Shown here: positions 58,838 to 64,000 of the stretch, in pieces | How the letters are laid out: the number at the start of each line of letters is the position of its first letter | Position numbering within the stretch: the stretch's first letter is position 1 | Origin: Nitrospirota bacterium | GTDB lineage: Bacteria; Nitrospirota; UBA9217 | Length of the DNA: 64,000 bases | NCBI GenBank assembly: GCA_963751455.1 | Contig: CAVVUN010000012.1 | Span: 288,001 to 352,000, forward strand | Reading direction: 5' to 3' | Notes under the pieces: generated by a model | Told to the model about the DNA's origin: nothing | The model's input: the letters and a program-made list of their open reading frames with translations, nothing else | Databases searched by the model: none | Translations under genes and position numbers: made by a program

Positions 58838-60736
58838 TTATTTGAGTTCTCCCCCGGCGTCACCCGCCGCTTTGAGCGCGGGATTCGAGGTGTACAGGAC
58901 AACCTGGGTCTTGGCGCCTAAAGCCCGGAGGACCTGGCAGGCAGCCTGCTGGCGTACCGGATCAAAACCGGCGAGCGGGTCATCGAGGATGAACGGCAGT
59001 CTCCGTTTTCCCGCCAAGGCTTCGATCAGCCCGGTCCTCAGACAGAAATAAATAACATCCCGCGTGCCGTGGCTCAAGTCTTCGAAATGAACGACGGAGT
59101 CGTCCTTCGCATGAACGACCGGAGATCCTTCATGCCCCGCCTCGACACGAACGTACCTTCCGCCCGTTATCGCCGCCAGGTTTCGCTGCGCGGCAGCCTC
59201 GACAGCTGCGATCAGCGTATCCATCTCTATACCGCCGATGCGGCTCGCGGTGGCGAGCTCGGCCAGAATTCCCGCATGAGCCGCAGCAGGCGGCGCAATA
59301 ACCATGACGTCTTCGGAAAGCTCCGGTCCTGCACCGCGTTCCGGCGCGCCTGTCGCGACGGCCAGTTCCGTTTCCAAACGCTCGATATCCTGCCGGAGGC
59401 TGTAGGCGTCGACTGCATCGTTTGCCAGGGCTGCGGCATTTTTTTCCAGGTCCATTACTTCCTGCTGCATCTGTTCATACCGGGTTTGGAGTTCTTCCCG
59501 GGTGGCATCCCCGAGAATGCGTTCCCTCTGGCCTGTCAGGTCCTCTTGCAGCGATAAGAAATACCGGTAGTTCCCGGCCTTGTCTTCCAGTTCGGACGTC
59601 GTGGAAGACCCGGTTGCCTTCATGCATTCAAGAATGGCTGCTCCACCCTGTTCAAAGCTCTTTTCCGTGCCCGAGAGGTCCGCCTCCAGGATCTTGACCT
59701 CATTGACGATCAGCTTTCGCTGGGCATTTTTCCGCGAGCCGTTATACCACGCGATGGCGATCAGAAACAGGGAAAACAGTATCCCGATCGGAAAATATTC
59801 CGCGGGGATCAAGGTGGGAAGAAACAGTCCGATCGCAAGCGATGCGGCCCCTGCCAGGGCGCCGACGAGAAATAACTTGTCGGACAGGAGTGAGTACACG
59901 GGCATTTCGTCCAGCTGGTTTTGCAGTCCTTCTATCTCCTGGGTCAACTTATCGGTTTCAGCCATTTTCTGGCCCTGGCGCATTTCATGTTCTTTTATAA
60001 GATCGTTCAGGTTTTCGGGAAGCGTCTCGCATCCCTTGAGAGCCGCGAACTGCGACTGGAGGTCTTCCCGCCGCGCCTGTATTTCTTCGAGAGAGTCCAG
60101 CTTCTTTCGCAGTTCCTCGAGCTTCAGTTTGGCGGCATGAGCGCGATAGTCTGCATCGGCCGCTTCCTCCGCCTTCCGGAGCGCTTCCCGACGTTCCGCG
60201 ATCCGGGCCTCGAGTGGTGCGGTTGAGTTTCTTTGCGCCGGCTTCGTCACGACCGGGCGGACGGAAGCAGTAATGGCGCGGTTCACGGACCGCCCGCGCA
60301 ACCCGTTGTAGTGGTCGCGGCGCAGGATAAATAACTTCGTAAACTCCTCTTCGGTAATGCCGGCAGTCAAACTGCCCATGAATTGGATGGTGTTGTCCCA
60401 GTCCTTATACAGGAGACTGAAATCCTTGGTTTCGGGATTGTACTTCGAGAGGTTGACCGCGCATTTCGAGAAGTCCTCGATCACACGGTAATAGGCGCCA
60501 TCGTCGGAGAACGCGACCAGCGCCGCCCGCGAAGCGTCGGGCGTGTATTTCGACAGGAGGCCCGCTGTGACCGCGGGATCGCTGATCGGGAAAAGCAGGC
60601 GGACGATCGTGTCCGCGGACGAAGTCTTTCCCGATTCGTTTCCGGCGGCAATGAAATTGAATCCGCCCTGAAATCTCAGGCGGGAAAGTTCACGGATGCC
60701 GCGCACTCCCTGCATCACAAGCTCCACAAGGAACAT
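58838..60736 (-). CDS. SMC/YhaN-like coiled-coil ABC-type ATPase with internal TM segments
   Basis: GNESGKT Walker A, long coiled coils, LSHGT signature, FILDDP Walker B. Confidence 0.8.
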   Translation of the reverse strand: MFLVELVMQGVRGIRELSRLRFQGGFNFIAAGNESGKTSSADTIVRLLFPISDPAVTAGLLSKYTPDASRAALVAFSDDGAYYRVIEDFSKCAVNLSKYNPETKDFSLLYKDWDNTIQFMGSLTAGITEEEFTKLFILRRDHYNGLRGRSVNRAITASVRPVVTKPAQRNSTAPLEARIAERREALRKAEEAADADYRAHAAKLKLEELRKKLDSLEEIQARREDLQSQFAALKGCETLPENLNDLIKEHEMRQGQKMAETDKLTQEIEGLQNQLDEMPVYSLLSDKLFLVGALAGAASLAIGLFLPTLIPAEYFPIGILFSLFLIAIAWYNGSRKNAQRKLIVNEVKILEADLSGTEKSFEQGGAAILECMKATGSSTTSELEDKAGNYRYFLSLQEDLTGQRERILGDATREELQTRYEQMQQEVMDLEKNAAALANDAVDAYSLRQDIERLETELAVATGAPERGAGPELSEDVMVIAPPAAAHAGILAELATASRIGGIEMDTLIAAVEAAAQRNLAAITGGRYVRVEAGHEGSPVVHAKDDSVVHFEDLSHGTRDVIYFCLRTGLIEALAGKRRLPFILDDPLAGFDPVRQQAACQVLRALGAKTQVVLYTSNPALKAAGDAGGELK

Positions 60737-60868
60737 AAAGGCCTCCTTTCCTGGTAAATCCGCGAAATCGGAAAGCGCAACTGCAACCGCCGATTAACGG
60801 CTCTGGTAATCGTAACAGCTTGATACTATAGCTCAAGTAGCCGTAAGTTGCAACAGGGAAAACCGTGT

Positions 60869-62389
60869 CTAGAGCCGTTCCAGGGCCTTTTTAAGCGCCT
60901 CCGCCTTCTGGAGGGTTTCGAGATACTCGCTCCGGGGGTCGGAATCCGCGACAATGCCGGCGCCGACCTGTATGAAGGCCAGCCCGTCTTTTATTACGAA
61001 CGTCCTTATGATGATGTTCAGGTCCATGTCACCAGCGTTCGAAATATAGCCGATCGAACCCGTATACGGCCCGCGTGCTACCGGCTCCAGTTCGTCGATT
61101 ATCTCCATGCACCTTACTTTCGGCACCCCCGTGATCGTGCCTCCGGGAAAGACTGCGCGCACGACATCGAAAGCATCCATCCCCTTTGCCAGATCGCCCC
61201 GCACGTTCGAGACGATGTGGATGACGTGCGAGTAATCCTCGACCACCATCATTTCATCGACCCGCACCGACCCGTACTCGCACACCTTTCCCAGATCATT
61301 CCGCTCCAGGTCGAGCAGCATTATGTGCTCCGCGCGCTCTTTTTCATTCATCAGAAGCTCGGCCGAAAGTTTGTCTGTCTCGGCCCGGTCCCTGCCCCGG
61401 CGCCGGGTGCCCGCTATCGGCCGGGTATCGACGGCGCCGTTAACGAGTCGGACAAGACGCTCCGGGGAAGAACTGACGAGCTGCAGGTCCCCGAAGTCGA
61501 GGTAAGCGGCAAAAGGGGAAGGATTGATTTCGCGGAGTACGCGGTAAAGCCGCAGAGGGTCGGAATCGTGCAGCTCGACCGAAAGGCGCTGAGACAGGTT
61601 TGCCTGGTAGATGTCGCCGGCCGCGATGTATTCCTTGCAGCGCAAAACCATGGACTCGAACACCCCGCCCGTAATGTTCGGCTCAAGCGAGGCAGCCGCG
61701 CTTTTTCCGGCGGCCGCGGACAGGGGGGTATCTTTTTCCGCGGCTACGGCTGCGCTGATTTCCGCGATCTTTTGCGTTGCCCCGTCATAGAGACGGCCAC
61801 CCTCGGTCTTCTCCATCCTGCGGAAACCCATCTCCTGCTCCCGGGCGCCCGGGTTCACGATCACCCATATTTTTTGCTGGATGTGGTCGAATGCTATGAC
61901 AAAGTCCACAAATACAAAATACGACTCGGGAATATCCAAATCGCGTACGGCATTCCGGGGGATTTGTTCGAACTGGCGGACAAAGTCATAGGAAAAGAAC
62001 CCGAGTGCGCCGCCGGTAAACGGCGGAAGGCCGGGCACGCGCTCTGTTCTATAGTTTGACATCAGCTCACGGAGCTTGACCAGAGGTTTTCGGCGCATCG
62101 AGGCGCGTCTGCCGAACTTTCCCTCGGGCGTGGCCGGCAAATGCAGTTCGACCGTATCTGCGTGAGACCGGAATATGAGATAAGGACCTGCAGTTACATA
62201 GGAATATCTGCCGATTTTGTCGTTCACGCGCGCACTCTCGAGCAGCATGGGATACCCTTGCGTACGGACGGCTTCGAGGGCCATAAACGGCGTCACGCCG
62301 CTCGCTTCCAGCTCAACGGAAACGGGAAGGATCTTGCCGGATTGCAGTGATCGGACAAATTCGTCTTTTAAGGGCCGGACTGTTTTCAT
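60869..62389 (-). CDS. Chorismate-binding enzyme: anthranilate synthase component I or ADC synthase PabB
   Basis: LLESA, YQANLS, SSPERL, RPIAGTRRR, AEHIMLLDLERND, FPGGTITGVPK; trpE versus pabB not resolved. Confidence 0.88.
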   Translation of the reverse strand: MKTVRPLKDEFVRSLQSGKILPVSVELEASGVTPFMALEAVRTQGYPMLLESARVNDKIGRYSYVTAGPYLIFRSHADTVELHLPATPEGKFGRRASMRRKPLVKLRELMSNYRTERVPGLPPFTGGALGFFSYDFVRQFEQIPRNAVRDLDIPESYFVFVDFVIAFDHIQQKIWVIVNPGAREQEMGFRRMEKTEGGRLYDGATQKIAEISAAVAAEKDTPLSAAAGKSAAASLEPNITGGVFESMVLRCKEYIAAGDIYQANLSQRLSVELHDSDPLRLYRVLREINPSPFAAYLDFGDLQLVSSSPERLVRLVNGAVDTRPIAGTRRRGRDRAETDKLSAELLMNEKERAEHIMLLDLERNDLGKVCEYGSVRVDEMMVVEDYSHVIHIVSNVRGDLAKGMDAFDVVRAVFPGGTITGVPKVRCMEIIDELEPVARGPYTGSIGYISNAGDMDLNIIIRTFVIKDGLAFIQVGAGIVADSDPRSEYLETLQKAEALKKALERL

Positions 62390-62538
62390 TATAAAAGATG
62401 TTTGTTGCTCATCGCGGCGAGTCAAGCTTCCAGGTTGACCTGAAATGCGGGCGCGCCGCTTATCAATAAAGACAAAATTTTAAAGGCAATTCCCCGGCAG
62501 GTCAAGATAATTCTCGAAAATTATCAGTGGTGCTTTTA

Positions 62539-62576
62539 TGCTATAATAAATTTATAGATTATTTAGATCTTTGAAA
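62539..62576 (+). promoter_or_regulatory. Extended -10 promoter followed by boxA-like motif
   Basis: TGcTATAAT at 62539-62547; GATCTTTGAAA at 62566-62576. Confidence 0.5.
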
Positions 62577-62588
62577 GATTAATCAGTG

Positions 62589-62882
62589 AGGGCGTTGCCG
62601 AACCAACACCCAATAGGTGAACGTTCTAAACCCGTTTACAAGGGCGATAAGCGCCGACAACCGTTTCCTGCAACCGTGCAGAAAGACCGCAGTTCGGGCC
62701 TTTCTCTCTTTTGCAGGGTTTCGGTAAAACGGAAGTGCCAAAAGCTCGAAGTCCGGGTATGAGGGCAAAAGACGCAAGCTTCACAAGGTCCGCATGGCGG
62801 AGCAGCAGAAGCAGGTCTGATACCCGTTACTCAGCCGGGCTGAACGGAAGTTTAAAGAGATGGTTCGCTGGCAACGCCTTTT
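62589..62882 (+). ncRNA. Candidate structured ncRNA 1 (family unknown)
   Basis: 5' agggcgttgccgaacca pairs with 3' tggttcgctggcaacgcctt; several internal stems; U-run at the end; no credible ORF. Confidence 0.5.
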
Positions 62883-62948
62883 ATAATTACAGAACGTGCT
62901 GCGCAGTTGGAATTAAAAAAACCGGAAAGGGTCGGTCAGAGCACTCGC

Positions 62949-62977
62949 TTGACAACCTTTTTTTGGGGTGCTATATA
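62949..62977 (+). promoter_or_regulatory. sigma70-type promoter upstream of ncRNA candidate 2
   Basis: TTGACA - 17 bp (ending TGc) - TATATA. Confidence 0.55.
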
Positions 62978-62995
62978 AAGACAAAGATCAAAATG

Positions 62996-63302
62996 TTAAT
63001 CCAGCCCTTCGGAGGGTTGGATTAGCGAGGCGTTGCCGGGCCGTATTTTATTATCCGTTGAGAACTTCAAGCGTCGGCTTCTCCTGGTTTTTGATGTGAA
63101 GGCCATGTCGGTCGTGAGACCTTCTGGTTTCATGTTGAGGGCTTCGAAAAGTCCGAAGAGGCTGAAACTCCCTGGCCGGTGAATGATCAATGCAAACATT
63201 CTGCATTGGAATCGCGCAAGCGATTTCTGTGAAGAGTGATCATTGAACTTTCTCTGGTTCAACGATGCTATAAAATACGCGCCTTGGAAACGCCTTTTTT
63301 TT
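62996..63302 (+). ncRNA. Candidate structured ncRNA 2 (family unknown)
   Basis: 5' hairpin 62996-63025; aggcgttgccgggccgtatttta pairs with taaaatacgcgccttggaaacgcct; GNRA hairpins ggtc-GTGA-gacc and aatcgc-GCAA-gcgatt; ends in 8 T. Confidence 0.55.
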
Positions 63303-63352
63303 ATAAAACCCGCTGGCTTTAAGCAATCAGCAGTAAGTGATACCATGGTTGC

Positions 63353-63925
63353 TTAAAAATAATAATGAATCCCCGCCTCAATTGAAACAGTATCTCCGTC
63401 GACATCAGGGTCCAGTGAAAAAGAAAATCCGTTTATTTCTATCTCGTCATACCGAATAAACCGGTAAATGAAACCGAGATTCAACGCCATATTTCTGTTC
63501 AAAAATCGCTCGAGTCCTGCGCCGAAATTCCATCCGCTGCCTTTCAGAGTCGTATCTGCTCCTTCAAAGGGATTATACTCGTCCAAAGAGTAGGACCCCA
63601 GGCCGAACAGAAAGTAGAACTGGTTGGGATCCACAACAGGGGACACAAAAACACGAAGATCGAGGGTGAACCCGTTGAAATCGGCGCTCCCGAATCCGGG
63701 GTCAGTATCCTCGTGATTGGAACCCATAAAGGCGCCTTCAAGCGCGACCTGGCCGAAATCATAACCGAATTTGAATTGAAGCCCTGTTCCTGCGTCGAGA
63801 TAATCGATATCCGAACTGCGGGGATTGTTAAAGACCAGCCCGGCGCCCACATACGGTCCTTCGTCGGCAGATGCAGGACTCAAACAGAGCAGTATGATCA
63901 GTGCTGATAAAGACAGAATCTTCAT
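63353..63925 (-). CDS. Eight-stranded outer-membrane beta-barrel (OmpA/porin-like)
   Basis: Signal peptide, GPYVGAG, amphipathic strands, C-terminal HYYF. Confidence 0.8.
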   Translation of the reverse strand: MKILSLSALIILLCLSPASADEGPYVGAGLVFNNPRSSDIDYLDAGTGLQFKFGYDFGQVALEGAFMGSNHEDTDPGFGSADFNGFTLDLRVFVSPVVDPNQFYFLFGLGSYSLDEYNPFEGADTTLKGSGWNFGAGLERFLNRNMALNLGFIYRFIRYDEIEINGFSFSLDPDVDGDTVSIEAGIHYYF

Positions 63926-64000
63926 GGGTTCCCTCCGCGGAATGGCTTTTATCTAAGTATAGCGCGGAGGTTTTGGATTAAAACCTAAAGCAAATTTTCA

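Noticed and set aside
51404-61000. tmk-holB-ricT-metG-tatD/rSAM block as a novel system
   Set aside because: Known conserved housekeeping neighbourhood; the TatD-linked radical SAM is a described family unrelated to the island
62690-62800. Possible c-di-GMP-I riboswitch or RNase P fragment (gacgcaagc, aagtccggg)
   Set aside because: Only isolated short matches; required partner motifs and spacing are absent
62784-62806. caaggtccgcatggcggagcagc resembles SRP RNA helix 8 (CAGGUCCGGAAGGAAGCAGC)
   Set aside because: No GNRA tetraloop and the symmetric-loop register is off, so not called SRP; cmscan would settle it
62583-63346. ORFs 62583-62777, 62711-63025 and 62996-63346
   Set aside because: No RBS or recognisable motifs, and they overlap extensive base-paired structure; treated as spurious

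Overview
Bacterial chromosomal window from a Gram-negative organism (outer-membrane beta-barrels present; Nitrospirota/Desulfobacterota-like is only my inference). It has three zones. (1) 1-15.1 kb: accessory genes (S8 protease with Ig-like repeats, PstS-like protein, PfpI, LysE, CapA, SodC, PHB-depolymerase-type esterase, CorC/HlyC, GNAT-acyl-CoA-synthetase Pat-type protein, response regulator). (2) ~16.4-32.9 kb: a visibly AT-richer, single-strand island bracketed by a ~0.93 kb direct duplication of the 3' part of a murC/mpl-like gene, with an IS256 remnant at one end. It looks like an unfamiliar RiPP-type cluster: two paralogous precursor peptides ending in Asn-Trp, a PqqD/RRE protein, four radical SAM-SPASM enzymes plus one SPASM protein lacking CxxxCxxC, a TcuA-like flavoprotein, a MurE paralog, a PP-loop ATP pyrophosphatase, a clan-CD-like His/Cys protease and a stand-alone type-2 ValRS, behind a perfect-consensus sigma70 promoter. 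(3) 33-64 kb: cell-wall and housekeeping genes (YkuD-MurC fusion, two DacA-like genes, DsrE/FadL locus, tal, purH, tatD-rSAM, metG, ricT, holB, tmk, trpE/pabB). Near the end lie two tandem, related, highly structured ~270-295 nt non-coding RNA candidates that I cannot assign to a known family. Four copies of a CCT...AGG MITE with 5-bp target duplications and many REP-like palindromes are scattered through the window. All calls come from motif recognition by eye; no database search or folding was run.
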